Shown here: positions 47,644-57,032 of the stretch, one piece after another | How the letters are laid out: each line of letters starts with the position of its first letter | Numbering within the stretch: the first letter of the stretch is position 1 | NCBI GenBank assembly: GCA_963663475.2 | Contig: CAXXJV010000001.1 | Coordinates: forward strand, 1,280,001 to 1,344,000 | Length of the DNA stretch: 64,000 nucleotides | Direction of reading: 5' to 3' | From: Candidatus Cloacimonadales bacterium | GTDB taxonomy: Bacteria > Cloacimonadota > Cloacimonadia > Cloacimonadales > JAFGVF01 | Translations under genes and position numbers: made by a program | The notes under the pieces: generated by a model | Database searches by the model: none | What the model saw: the letters and a program-made list of their open reading frames with translations, nothing else | Told to the model about the DNA's origin: nothing

Positions 47644-49284
47644 ATGTTAGAAGTTAATTTTGTTAATTACCTAGAAGAAGCGATTAAAAAACATTGGGAT
47701 CTACCAGCCTTCTCAGATATTGAGCAAGAAGCTATTGATTATCAGAATGTAGCAAATAAGATATATTGGTTACACAATATTTTAAAAACCTTTGGTATTT
47801 CTCGTGGCGATAAGATTGCTATTCTGGGTAAGAACTCAAAAAACTGGGCTATAACTTATCTCTCAGTAGTCAGCTATGGAGCTGTTGTCGTTCCTATTCT
47901 TCCTAACTTTACTTCGGAAGATATGAATCATATTATAAAACACTCTGAGAGTAGATTACTCTTTGTTGGTAACTCCATAATGGACAATATAGATGAAAGC
48001 CAGATACCTTCTTTGCAAGGGATTATCCATCTTGATGATTTTTCCTTAGTGGAATCAAAAACAAATGATGAACTGATAGACAAGCTAAAAAGAGCTTTAG
48101 ATGCAAAATTTACCGTAACAAGAGATAGTTTTACCCTTGCTAAAGACATCTCCAACGATGCCTTGGGAGAAATAATCTATACATCTGGAACAACGGGCTT
48201 TACTAAAGGTGTTATGCTACCTCTTAATAGCCTAATTGCCAATATAAAAGTGGCTGGTGAAATGCTGGAGTTTAGAACTGGTACCAAAATGCTCTCTTTT
48301 CTCCCCCTCTCTCATGCTTATGCCTGTGCTTTTGACTTTCTCTACCCCTTTACCTGTGGAGTCCATGTCCATTTCTTAGGAAAAATACCCTCACCAAAGT
48401 TATTACTTAAATACCTGAAAGATGTTTCTCCTGAGATGATTATGTCTGTTCCTCTTATCTTAGAAAAGATTATTAAGAAGAATGTTTTCCCTCTTTTAGA
48501 GAAAAAAATGATCAAGTTTGCTACAGCAATCCCAGGAGTAAAACAAGCTTTCTATGGCAAAATAAGAAAGCAGTTAATCACTGTTTTTGGTGGGTCATTG
48601 AGAGAAATGGTTATCGGGGGAGCACCTCTTAATGCTGAAGTAGAAAAGTTCTTAAAAGCAATCAAGTTCCCATTTACAATAGGCTACGGTATGAGTGAGT
48701 GCGGTCCTCTAATCTCCTATGCAACCTGGGACCAGCATAGATTCAGATCTGCAGGAAGACTTGTTAATTATCTCCAAGCTAAGATAGATTCAGCAGATCC
48801 TACTAAGATACCTGGCGATATTTTAGTGAAGGGCGAGCAGGTAATGTATGGATATTATAAGAATAATGAGGCTACCCAAGAAGTATTATCTGAAGATGGC
48901 TGGTTGAATACTGGAGATATTGGTCTTATGGATGCAGATAATTTTATCTACATTAAAGGAAGATCTAAGAATCTAATCTTAGGAGCTGGCGGAGAAAATA
49001 TTTATCCTGAAGCAATTGAGCAATCCTTTAATAACTTGCATTATGTGCAAGAATCCTTAGTAATGGAAAGAGATAATAAACTCGTAATCTTAGTCTATCC
49101 AGATGTTGAAGAAGCAGATAAGAATGGTATCTCTGAATCAATGTATCCTAAACTCATGGACCATAACAAGAACCTTTACAATGAAACAGCCCCTGCTTAC
49201 GCAAAAATAAGTCAAGTTAAGATAGTTGCTGAACCTTTTCTCAAGACTCCTACTCAGAAAATTAAGAGGTATTTATACAAATAA
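47644..49284 (+). CDS. Long-chain fatty acid--CoA ligase (AMP-binding)
   Basis: IYTSGTTGFTKGVML, FLPLSH, GYGMSECGP, GWLNTGD, GRSKN, GENIYPE, KTPTQKIKR. Confidence 0.92.
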   Translation: MLEVNFVNYLEEAIKKHWDLPAFSDIEQEAIDYQNVANKIYWLHNILKTFGISRGDKIAILGKNSKNWAITYLSVVSYGAVVVPILPNFTSEDMNHIIKHSESRLLFVGNSIMDNIDESQIPSLQGIIHLDDFSLVESKTNDELIDKLKRALDAKFTVTRDSFTLAKDISNDALGEIIYTSGTTGFTKGVMLPLNSLIANIKVAGEMLEFRTGTKMLSFLPLSHAYACAFDFLYPFTCGVHVHFLGKIPSPKLLLKYLKDVSPEMIMSVPLILEKIIKKNVFPLLEKKMIKFATAIPGVKQAFYGKIRKQLITVFGGSLREMVIGGAPLNAEVEKFLKAIKFPFTIGYGMSECGPLISYATWDQHRFRSAGRLVNYLQAKIDSADPTKIPGDILVKGEQVMYGYYKNNEATQEVLSEDGWLNTGDIGLMDADNFIYIKGRSKNLILGAGGENIYPEAIEQSFNNLHYVQESLVMERDNKLVILVYPDVEEADKNGISESMYPKLMDHNKNLYNETAPAYAKISQVKIVAEPFLKTPTQKIKRYLYK

Positions 49285-49287
49285 TTA

Positions 49288-49455
49288 TTATCCCAATGGT
49301 GCAATAGAGCTTTAGAGAAGAGTGCAAATTCTTTTAGTAAAATAGCTTGCAGAATTCTGACGCATATAATATATATATTCGGAAGAATTATGTAAGTTAC
49401 TTTTGCAAATGAATATTCTGCTATTCTCAAAGCTTTATTGCACCATTTGAGATTA
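49288..49455 (-). mobile_element. MITE-A copy (inverted) directly after the acyl-CoA synthetase stop
   Basis: Reverse complement aligns with 5982-6152 and 9268-9435. Confidence 0.8.
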
Positions 49456-49509
49456 TCTATGTTTTATCTTTTATGTTAGAACATGCCTTAATTTTATAGT
49501 AGCCATTCT

Positions 49510-49576
49510 TAATCCTTCCTTTACACTCTTTCGATGAAAGTCCGCTTTTCATCGAAAGAGTGTAAAGGAAGGATTA
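49510..49576. repeat. Long palindrome (30-bp perfect arms, 7-nt loop)
   Basis: TAATCCTTCCTTTACACTCTTTCGATGAAA / TTTCATCGAAAGAGTGTAAAGGAAGGATTA. Confidence 0.9.
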
Positions 49577-49723
49577 GGAATGATACCTGCTGAAAGAGGA
49601 AATTTTTTAGTAAGGTAGACAGGCTGTGTTAAAATTAAAAAGAGAATTTTAAGATGGTGTAAGTCTTTGTATGGAGTGGATGCATCTTGCGTCCACAAGA
49701 AACTCTACAAGACTATCTGGGTT

Positions 49724-49763
49724 AAAAAAAATCAGAGAATTGACTTTGTCAATACTCTGATTT
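49724..49763 (-). terminator. Intrinsic terminator of the 49799-50509 gene
   Basis: AAATCAGAG-A-ATTGAC-TTT-GTCAAT-A-CTCTGATTT with upstream A run. Confidence 0.6.
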
Positions 49764-49798
49764 AAATAGAAAAAAATTTATCAGACTTATAATTTATT

Positions 49799-50509
49799 TT
49801 AAAATGCCCAGCCAAACTTTAAGAATTCAATATTGATAATTTGGTCACTACTAATAAATAGGTCATTGTTATCAAATTCTAAATCTTCAATCTTGTTGCT
49901 ACCAAAGTAACGTCCAAAACTAAGGCTAGTTCCCCAATAAAGACCATTATAGGAAAAAATTCTGTAACCAATACCTACACCAATACCTAAATCAGAAAAA
50001 GATTTTTTAGAATAATCATCTTCTTCATCGTAATAACTTGAACTTTTATCATCATAATCCCAGTTATATTCCCAACCATCAAAATGAGCAAAACGAGCAA
50101 ATGCACTTAAATAAAAACCATTCTGGGTGTTTCTTAAAAAATATCTATAATGGCAATCTAAGGTAAAAGTTGATGTGTTAAATTTTTCATCTGGTTCGAA
50201 ATAATAAATAGGGAATGCTAGCTCAGCCTTACGATTTACATCGAATAAAGAAAAAGTGCCAGAAAAGGAAGAATTATCAAGTAGAAGTAATCTAAATAAA
50301 TTTATCTCTATACCATACTTTTTATCATGAAGGGGATTGTTCTTGGTCTCATCATACATAACTTGTTGGGTTTCATAAATCTTATCTATTTTCTTATCTA
50401 CCTTCTCTAATGTAACTCCCTCTGCATCATTAGAAACATTTTCATCACTGTAAAGACCAACCGATATGCTGATTATTACAAGCAAAGCTAATAAAGTTAA
50501 TTTTTTCAT
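49799..50509 (-). CDS. Hypothetical outer-membrane beta-barrel protein (DUF3575-like)
   Basis: Signal peptide; amphipathic strands (YRYF..GFYL, GIGVGIGYR); C-terminal FGWAF. Confidence 0.55.
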   Translation of the reverse strand: MKKLTLLALLVIISISVGLYSDENVSNDAEGVTLEKVDKKIDKIYETQQVMYDETKNNPLHDKKYGIEINLFRLLLLDNSSFSGTFSLFDVNRKAELAFPIYYFEPDEKFNTSTFTLDCHYRYFLRNTQNGFYLSAFARFAHFDGWEYNWDYDDKSSSYYDEEDDYSKKSFSDLGIGVGIGYRIFSYNGLYWGTSLSFGRYFGSNKIEDLEFDNNDLFISSDQIINIEFLKFGWAF

Positions 50510-50701
50510 ACAGTCTCCTTTGTTTATTAGACATAGAATGTAATTAGATAATTATTTGTCAATCAAAATCCAAAATAAATTGTAAAAAGATAGCCAAAAT
50601 ACAATATATCCATACCCAGATACACAAGAATTACAAGTATTCATTATGATAATCCCGAATGCTGCCGTAAAGCCAAGAGCAATAAGTTGAAAATTTGATA
50701 A

Positions 50702-50728
50702 TTAGCAATAAAAAACATCTTCTGCTAA
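50702..50728 (+). promoter_or_regulatory. Degenerate CIRCE (HrcA operator) upstream of htpG
   Basis: TTAGCAata-N9-ttcTGCTAA keeps CIRCE 9-9-9 spacing and outer hexamers; 8 nt before TTGACA (50737-50742). Confidence 0.55.
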
Positions 50729-50806
50729 TTTTTTATTTGACAGATAAACAAGACTAATTATTTTTTGTACATAATAATAATTAACTAAGAAAAGGAGATT
50801 AATAAA

Positions 50807-52786
50807 ATGGCAAAAAAAGTAGATAAAGGCACTTTATCCATCCATACAGAGAACATATTTCCCATAATCAAGAAATGGCTCTATTCTGAACATGATATTT
50901 TCTTTAGAGAACTTACTTCTAATGCAATTGATGCTATGAATAAAAGGGTCATAGAAGAAACAGGTATTGATACAACAGATTTCGCTGTTGAAGTTAAAAT
51001 AGATAAAAAGAAAAAGACAATTACCTTTAGCGATACTGGTATTGGAATGACAGCCGAAGAGATAGAAAAATATATCAATCAAATTGCTTTCTCTGGCGCA
51101 GAAGACTTTGTAGAAAAATATAAGGATGTTCAAGCTAATATAATTGGACACTTTGGTTTAGGTTTTTATTCATCATTTATTGTAGCTGACAAGGTTACTA
51201 TTGATACTTTATCATATAAAGAAGGTGCTAAGGCTGCTGGCTGGTCTTGCCAAGGCTCAACAGAATATGAAATCTTCGATGGTAAGAGAAAAAATGTTGG
51301 TACAACCATTACTATCTACGTTAATGATGAATCACTTGAGTTTTTAGAAGAAGATAAAGTACAAGCTATCCTTGAAAAATACTGTAGCTTTATGTCTTTC
51401 CCTGTTAAGTTCAATGATAAAGTTATTAATGAAAAACCAGCTTTATGGAACAAAAAACCTAATGAAGTTACTGATGAAGAATATAAAGAATTCTATAAAA
51501 CTGCTTTCCAACAATATGATGAACCTCTCTTCTGGATTCACCTCAATGTTGATTATCCTTTCAACCTTAAAGGTATTCTCTATTTCCCAAAATTTAAAAA
51601 CCAACTTGATGTGAATAAAGGGCAGGTTAAGCTATTCTGTAACAACGTATTTGTGGCTGATAACCTAAAAGACTTAATTCCTGAATTTCTCTTATTGCTT
51701 AAAGGAGGAATTGATATTCCTGATATCCCACTAAATGTCTCAAGATCCTTCTTACAAAGTGATAGCCAGGTTAAAAAAATCTCTAACTATATAGTCAAGA
51801 AAGTTGCAGATCATTTCAAAGCAGCTTTCAAAGATGATAGAGATAAGTATGCTTCCTATTGGAAAGATATCTCAGACTTTATTAAATATGGACTTCTCAC
51901 CAATGAAGACTTTTTTAAAGCCCTTGAAAAGCAAATCGTTTATAAGACCACTGAAGGAAAATGGTTAACTATCGAAGAGTATCTTGAAGCAAATAAGAGT
52001 GATGCTAAACCACAAAAAATCTACTATGCTCCAAGTGAAAATACACAAGTCTCTTACATTGAAATGCTTAAAGAACAAAACATTGATGTTATTTATGCTG
52101 AATCAATGCTTGATTCCCACCTCTTCCAAAAACTTGAAATGGGAAATGGTGATATCAGATTTGTAAGAGTTGATTCAGAGATTAATGACGACTTGCTAGA
52201 ACAGGATACAGATGCCAAACTTTCTATGCAAATCAAAGAAATCTTCGATAAAGAGATTAATGGCAAAGTTGAAGCTTCTTTCAGTAAAGATAGCTACAAA
52301 GACTTCCTAAAAGAAAATCCAGACGCTGTAGAGATTCTTACCCCTTATCTCAAAACAGAAGAAGATACTACTAAAATTGATGTCTATGAACTACCACTAG
52401 AAGTAAGAGAAAAACTCGGTGATAAGGCTATGAAATCAATATTTGAACATGTTTATACCGAAGTTCAAGTTGAAACTAAAAAGCTCAAAGCTCAATCTAT
52501 TCCTGCTATGATCGTATTTGATGAGTTTATGCGCCGCTTCCAAGAAATGAATGCCATGATGGCTCGCGAAGATATGGATATGCTTAAAAATCACAAACTT
52601 ATCCTAAATACCCAAAATCCTACAATTAAGAAAATTGTGGAAATGAAAGAGTCTGGACAAGATGATAAAGCTAAGACAATGGTAAATTTTGTTCATGAAT
52701 TAGCTCTCTTAGAACAAAAACCATTCAGTGGGGAAGAGCTTAAGAAGTTTATTGCTGATGCTAATAAAGTTATTCAATTAGTTTAA
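50807..52786 (+). CDS. htpG: Molecular chaperone HtpG (Hsp90)
   Basis: ENIFPIIKKWLYS, RELTSNAIDA, DTGIGMT, IGHFGLGFYSSF, PLNVSRSFLQ. Confidence 0.97.
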   Translation: MAKKVDKGTLSIHTENIFPIIKKWLYSEHDIFFRELTSNAIDAMNKRVIEETGIDTTDFAVEVKIDKKKKTITFSDTGIGMTAEEIEKYINQIAFSGAEDFVEKYKDVQANIIGHFGLGFYSSFIVADKVTIDTLSYKEGAKAAGWSCQGSTEYEIFDGKRKNVGTTITIYVNDESLEFLEEDKVQAILEKYCSFMSFPVKFNDKVINEKPALWNKKPNEVTDEEYKEFYKTAFQQYDEPLFWIHLNVDYPFNLKGILYFPKFKNQLDVNKGQVKLFCNNVFVADNLKDLIPEFLLLLKGGIDIPDIPLNVSRSFLQSDSQVKKISNYIVKKVADHFKAAFKDDRDKYASYWKDISDFIKYGLLTNEDFFKALEKQIVYKTTEGKWLTIEEYLEANKSDAKPQKIYYAPSENTQVSYIEMLKEQNIDVIYAESMLDSHLFQKLEMGNGDIRFVRVDSEINDDLLEQDTDAKLSMQIKEIFDKEINGKVEASFSKDSYKDFLKENPDAVEILTPYLKTEEDTTKIDVYELPLEVREKLGDKAMKSIFEHVYTEVQVETKKLKAQSIPAMIVFDEFMRRFQEMNAMMAREDMDMLKNHKLILNTQNPTIKKIVEMKESGQDDKAKTMVNFVHELALLEQKPFSGEELKKFIADANKVIQLV

Positions 52787-52818
52787 CCTACTTAATCAAA
52801 TAGATTAATCAGATAATT

Positions 52819-52856
52819 CAGGAAGGAAGAAGATATAAGCTTCCTTCCTGTTTTTT
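52819..52856 (+). terminator. htpG intrinsic terminator
   Basis: CAGGAAGGAAG / CTTCCTTCCTG followed by T6. Confidence 0.8.
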
Positions 52857-52860
52857 GGTC

Positions 52861-52959
52861 TAAATTATTTTATCCCTTTCAGGGATTTTTGATGAATCAA
52901 TATAGTAATGAAATATTCTCATTTTCCTATATTATTCCCACCAGACTTGAACTTGAACC
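52861..52959 (-). mobile_element. Partial MITE-B end duplicated in tandem
   Basis: Nearly identical to about 53345-53442; ends CCACCAGACTTGAACTTGAACC. Confidence 0.75.
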
Positions 52960-52965
52960 TTAAAT

Positions 52966-53442
52966 GGCTCTTGTTCAAGTCTGGTGGTAAATAAGAGACT
53001 TTCATTATAGCATATTGCTTGAATAATAGAAAGTTACAAGTAAGAATATACTGTTATGAGTATGTTTTGATTGATGAGAAGTCCTAAATCCTGAGGGGAT
53101 AAGTCTTTAATCCCCGACAGGGGATAAATAGTTTAGCCCAGGGTAAATTCCTGAAGGGAATGCAACCCTGGGTACTGGTGATGAAAAACAAAGCCTAACC
53201 CTGAAAGGGTTAAATAACATCATATATACCATAAACTTATTATAATACATTATTTATCATTTTATTAAACCCTTACAGGGTAATATCTTTGGGCTAGCCA
53301 TCATTACCCAGGGTTGCGATACTTTCAGCATCTTACCCTGGGCTAAATTATTTTATCCCTTTCAGGGATTTTTGATGAATCAATATAGTAATGAAATATT
53401 CTCATTTTCCTATATTATTCCCACCAGACTTGAACTTGAGCC
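52966..53442 (-). mobile_element. MITE-B copy 3 (inverted relative to 4697-5165), both terminal repeats intact
   Basis: GGCTCTTGTTCAAGTCTGGTGG ... CCACCAGACTTGAACTTGAGCC; interior is the near reverse complement of copy 1; no matching TSD visible. Confidence 0.85.
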
Positions 53443-53574
53443 ATATTATTTACTTCTTTCAGGATAAACTATTGAGAAGAATGGCTTGATGGTTGAACAG
53501 TCTTCATGCTAAGCATCAGGCCTTTGGAGGATAATTCTTGACTTATCTTTCCTCTTTAGATTTCTAGGATTATG

Positions 53575-53743
53575 GGTGATGGAGTTCACCTAGAGACAAA
53601 CTTAAACTCAAATAATGGTCAAGCCCCAAAGGCAAGTAGGCATTATTTGGGATTAAAGACTAATTATCTTAAAATGTCTTTAACCGTCAATGACTGACTG
53701 ATGACTCCTAAACGAAGGGAAAACCTCCGTTTAGGAGTTTTTT
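53575..53743 (+). promoter_or_regulatory. Fluoride (crcB-motif) riboswitch with ~90-nt insertion and overlapping terminator
   Basis: GGTGATGGAGTTCACC (P1 and loop); TAACCGTCA...TGACTGATGACTCCT (3' conserved block; ACTCC pairs with GGAGT as pseudoknot); terminator ACTCCTAAACG.../CGTTTAGGAGT-TTTTT. Confidence 0.8.
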
Positions 53744-53781
53744 ACCCTGATAGGATTAAGAATATAAGAATGGAGAAAAGT

Positions 53782-54960
53782 ATGGATATAAATCTGTTTA
53801 TTGTTATTATCTTGTTAGGTGGCTGGTTTATGGGAAGATTCTTTAATAAACTAAAATTACCTTCAGTACTAGGCATGTTAATCTGGGGAATTTCCTTTGC
53901 TTTTTTCTTCCCAGGAAAGATACCAAAAAGCATAGAAACAGCCCAACCATTCCTAAAATCATTCGCACTAATAGTAATATTGCTCAGGGCAGGTTTGGGT
54001 ATAAGTAAGAAGACTCTCAAACAAGTTGGTTTTACTGCTTTCTTAATGAGTTTTATTCCTTGCCTTTTTGAAGGAATTGCTCTGTTATTTCTTTTACATT
54101 TCTTCTTTGAATTTTCTTACCTAACAGCTGGTTTAACTGCCTTTATGCTATCAGCTGTTTCTCCTGCAGTCATAGTCCCTTCTATGCTTGATATCAAGGC
54201 TAAAGGAATTGGTGAAAAAAAACAAGTACCCACAATTGTATTAGCAGGAGCTTCTGTAGATGATGTCTTCGCAATTACTCTCTTCTCGGTATTCTTATCT
54301 TTACTAACTAAAACAAATCTTAATATTACTAAATCCTTAATGAATATACCACTTTCTATTATTATGGGTATAATTCCTGGAATAATTATTGGTTTTGCTT
54401 TAATTTATTACTTTAAAAAAAGAAAAGACCATATTAAGACTACAGAACAAACCCTAGTTCTATTAACAATTTCTATGTTGCTGGTAAGAGTAGGAGATCT
54501 TCTCCATAGCGCAGCTTTATTAGGTATAATGACTATTGGATTTATAATCTTAGAAAAAGCAGATAATATTGCCCATGATTTAGCAAGAAAACTAGCTCAA
54601 ATCTGGATTTTTGCAGAAATTATTCTCTTTGTATTAATAGGTTTATCTGTAGATGTAAAAGTCGCTTATAACTCGGGATTAATAGGATTACTGGTAATTT
54701 CACTAGGCCTTACTGCAAGATCTATAGGCGTATGGTTGGCTACTGCTTTTTCTGGGTTAAACAGAAAAGAAAGATTGTTTTGTATCTTTGCTTATCTACC
54801 TAAAGCCACAGTTCAAGCAGCCTTAGGCTCTGTTGCATTAAATGCAGGTCTAGCTCATGGACAAACAATTCTAGCCTTAGCAGTCCTAGCTATTTTATTT
54901 ACCGCTCCCCTTGGACTTGTCTTGATTAGATTATTTTCTAAGAAACTATTAGAAGACTAA
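53782..54960 (+). CDS. Cation:proton antiporter (CPA, NHA2/SLC9B-like)
   Basis: ALIVILLRAGL, AVSPAVIVP, GASVDDVFAI, PKATVQAA; start MDIN at 53782 (GGAG RBS). The ORF-track extension to 53701 lies in the riboswitch. Confidence 0.88.
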   Translation: MDINLFIVIILLGGWFMGRFFNKLKLPSVLGMLIWGISFAFFFPGKIPKSIETAQPFLKSFALIVILLRAGLGISKKTLKQVGFTAFLMSFIPCLFEGIALLFLLHFFFEFSYLTAGLTAFMLSAVSPAVIVPSMLDIKAKGIGEKKQVPTIVLAGASVDDVFAITLFSVFLSLLTKTNLNITKSLMNIPLSIIMGIIPGIIIGFALIYYFKKRKDHIKTTEQTLVLLTISMLLVRVGDLLHSAALLGIMTIGFIILEKADNIAHDLARKLAQIWIFAEIILFVLIGLSVDVKVAYNSGLIGLLVISLGLTARSIGVWLATAFSGLNRKERLFCIFAYLPKATVQAALGSVALNAGLAHGQTILALAVLAILFTAPLGLVLIRLFSKKLLED

Positions 54961-55039
54961 ACTCATGTAATAACAATCATGAAATTTGCTTTTTAAACAA
55001 AAATAGCTAGTATTTTACCAGAGAAAAGGAGAAAGTACA

Positions 55040-55507
55040 ATGAAAATAACTGAATTTGATAAAGCCCATGTTGTGAGTAATAAAAATAAACGAGTTGCTT
55101 TAGCAGTAGTAGAATTACCTGATGGCAAAGCTAATGTGATAACCCTAGAATGGTTTATGAAAACATCAATTAAACCTCCAATGTTTGCAATATCGGTTGG
55201 ACATGAAAGATATTCTCATGTGGCTTTGCAATCCAATAGATACTTCAACTTAGTTATTCCCTCTGTGGAAATGCGAGATGATGTAATTTTCTTTGGCACA
55301 AAATCTGGTAGATTGTTTGATAAGCTAGCTGAACGACAAGTAAAAAGTATTCCTGGTAAGTATAAGAAATTACCCATTATTGAAAATGCTGTAGCCAACT
55401 TCGAATGTAAAATAGTTACTCAAGTTAATTCTGGAGACCATACAATTTTTGTTGGTGAAGTTAAATATTCTTGGGTAGATGAAACTAAAGAGATTTTAAG
55501 TTTGTAA
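55040..55507 (+). CDS. Flavin reductase-like (flavoredoxin) protein
   Basis: PPMFAISV, FGTKSGR..DK, ECKI, GDHTIFVGEV. Confidence 0.88.
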   Translation: MKITEFDKAHVVSNKNKRVALAVVELPDGKANVITLEWFMKTSIKPPMFAISVGHERYSHVALQSNRYFNLVIPSVEMRDDVIFFGTKSGRLFDKLAERQVKSIPGKYKKLPIIENAVANFECKIVTQVNSGDHTIFVGEVKYSWVDETKEILSL

Positions 55508-55577
55508 ATTCATCTAGCTTATGGACTGATGGCATCCTTGCCATTAGCTAGTGGAAGCAGTAATATTTCCAATCCCC

Positions 55578-55606
55578 AAAAAAAAGAGGTTCCTAGGAAC
55601 CTCTTT
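55578..55606 (-). terminator. Terminator between convergent genes (perfect 24-bp palindrome)
   Basis: AAAGAGGTTCCTAGGAACCTCTTT with upstream A run. Confidence 0.65.
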
Positions 55607-55629
55607 ATCTATTCTGAATATTATTTATT

Positions 55630-56799
55630 CTAGTTATTCTGACTCAACTCTTGATATTTCTTTGCATAATATTTATATTTATCATTATCTTTTAACTTTT
55701 GGGCAGCAAAAGCAGCAAACTGAGCAGGCATTTTATTAGTTCTATCTACAACAAACCATTTCTCAGAATAAGTTAAGAGATCTTCATACATCTCATTTTG
55801 ATATAAGAAGGTACAGAATGTTCTTAAGTTAGTTGGAGAAGCTTCAATTTCAATTAACTTTTTGCTGTATTCATAGATAGCATCATTATCTTCTAATAAT
55901 CTAGCGTAAAAGATTAAAGATTGATAGATGTCAACATTTTCAGGGATTAATTCATTAGCTTCTAACATTTTATCAAAAGCAGCTTGATGGTTACCCATTT
56001 TTTCTACTGTTGCAGCATAAAGATCATAATGATCATAATTGTAAGGATCTTGCTGAATTAAAATCTCAATTTGCTCTGCAGCTTCTTGATATTTTTCTAA
56101 AGCATAAAGTTGTTTTGCATATTGTGATCTGTAATCAAGATTAGTAGGTTCAATACGTACCCATTGTGAGAACATATAAAGCATTTCATTTTCAATTTTA
56201 CTAATTTCAACTTCATTTGGTTCTTCAGCTTTACTTAAAGCAATTTTTTCATTATTCAAAATTGATGTTAAGAATCTGTAAGGTTCAATATTATCAGGAT
56301 CTAATTCAATCAATTTGTAATATTTAGCTTTAATTTCATCAAGGTCACCTTGGTCATCATTAAGATAAGTTTCATACTCTTTATTAGCTAGAAGTAAGAT
56401 TCTGGCATTGATTGAATCAAGTTTTTTACGAGTATCTTTATACCATCTTCTTTGATCTCTGCTCATTTCTGTACGTGCTAAACCTTCTAATTGATTATAA
56501 ACAATTTGATATTTAGCATAAGCTTTTAAATAACTTTCATAAGCTATTCTGTCATTATTCTCAGCATTAAAAAAGTCAATATCAGCTAATTTTTTGTTAG
56601 TCTCTAAATGATTTGGATATTCTGCTAAAACTTCATTAAAAAAGACTTCTGCATTATCCAATAATTGTTGTGAATAATAGATATTTCCGTTTCTTAGAGC
56701 TCTTTTAGCTTTTGGACTAAGAGAGTCACTACTGTTAAAGATAGAACAGCCTGTAAACAAAATCGTAATTCCTATTAATACTAAAAAGTATTTCTTCAT
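55630..56799 (-). CDS. TPR-repeat lipoprotein
   Basis: Lipobox FTGC; repeated helical A...L..DP/EP motifs. Confidence 0.75.
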   Translation of the reverse strand: MKKYFLVLIGITILFTGCSIFNSSDSLSPKAKRALRNGNIYYSQQLLDNAEVFFNEVLAEYPNHLETNKKLADIDFFNAENNDRIAYESYLKAYAKYQIVYNQLEGLARTEMSRDQRRWYKDTRKKLDSINARILLLANKEYETYLNDDQGDLDEIKAKYYKLIELDPDNIEPYRFLTSILNNEKIALSKAEEPNEVEISKIENEMLYMFSQWVRIEPTNLDYRSQYAKQLYALEKYQEAAEQIEILIQQDPYNYDHYDLYAATVEKMGNHQAAFDKMLEANELIPENVDIYQSLIFYARLLEDNDAIYEYSKKLIEIEASPTNLRTFCTFLYQNEMYEDLLTYSEKWFVVDRTNKMPAQFAAFAAQKLKDNDKYKYYAKKYQELSQNN

Positions 56800-57032
56800 G
56801 TAAATCCTCCACGATTACACTTTATTATTTAATTAAATTTTCTGTTAATTTAATAATTTAGCAAGTTAATAAAATTTCTAACACTCTTTTATCAAAAATC
56901 ACAATTTATTAAATATAGTCAAGAATTAAAATTAAAAGTATCTCCTTGCCAAAATTATTATAGGTCTTTTAATTGTTAACACATGCCTGCTACTTATGCT
57001 ATAAATACACTCAATAAAGGAGTTAGGAGTTA

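Noticed and set aside
53701-53781. N-terminal extension of the antiporter ORF
   Set aside because: It lies inside the riboswitch terminator; the GGAG RBS supports ATG 53782.
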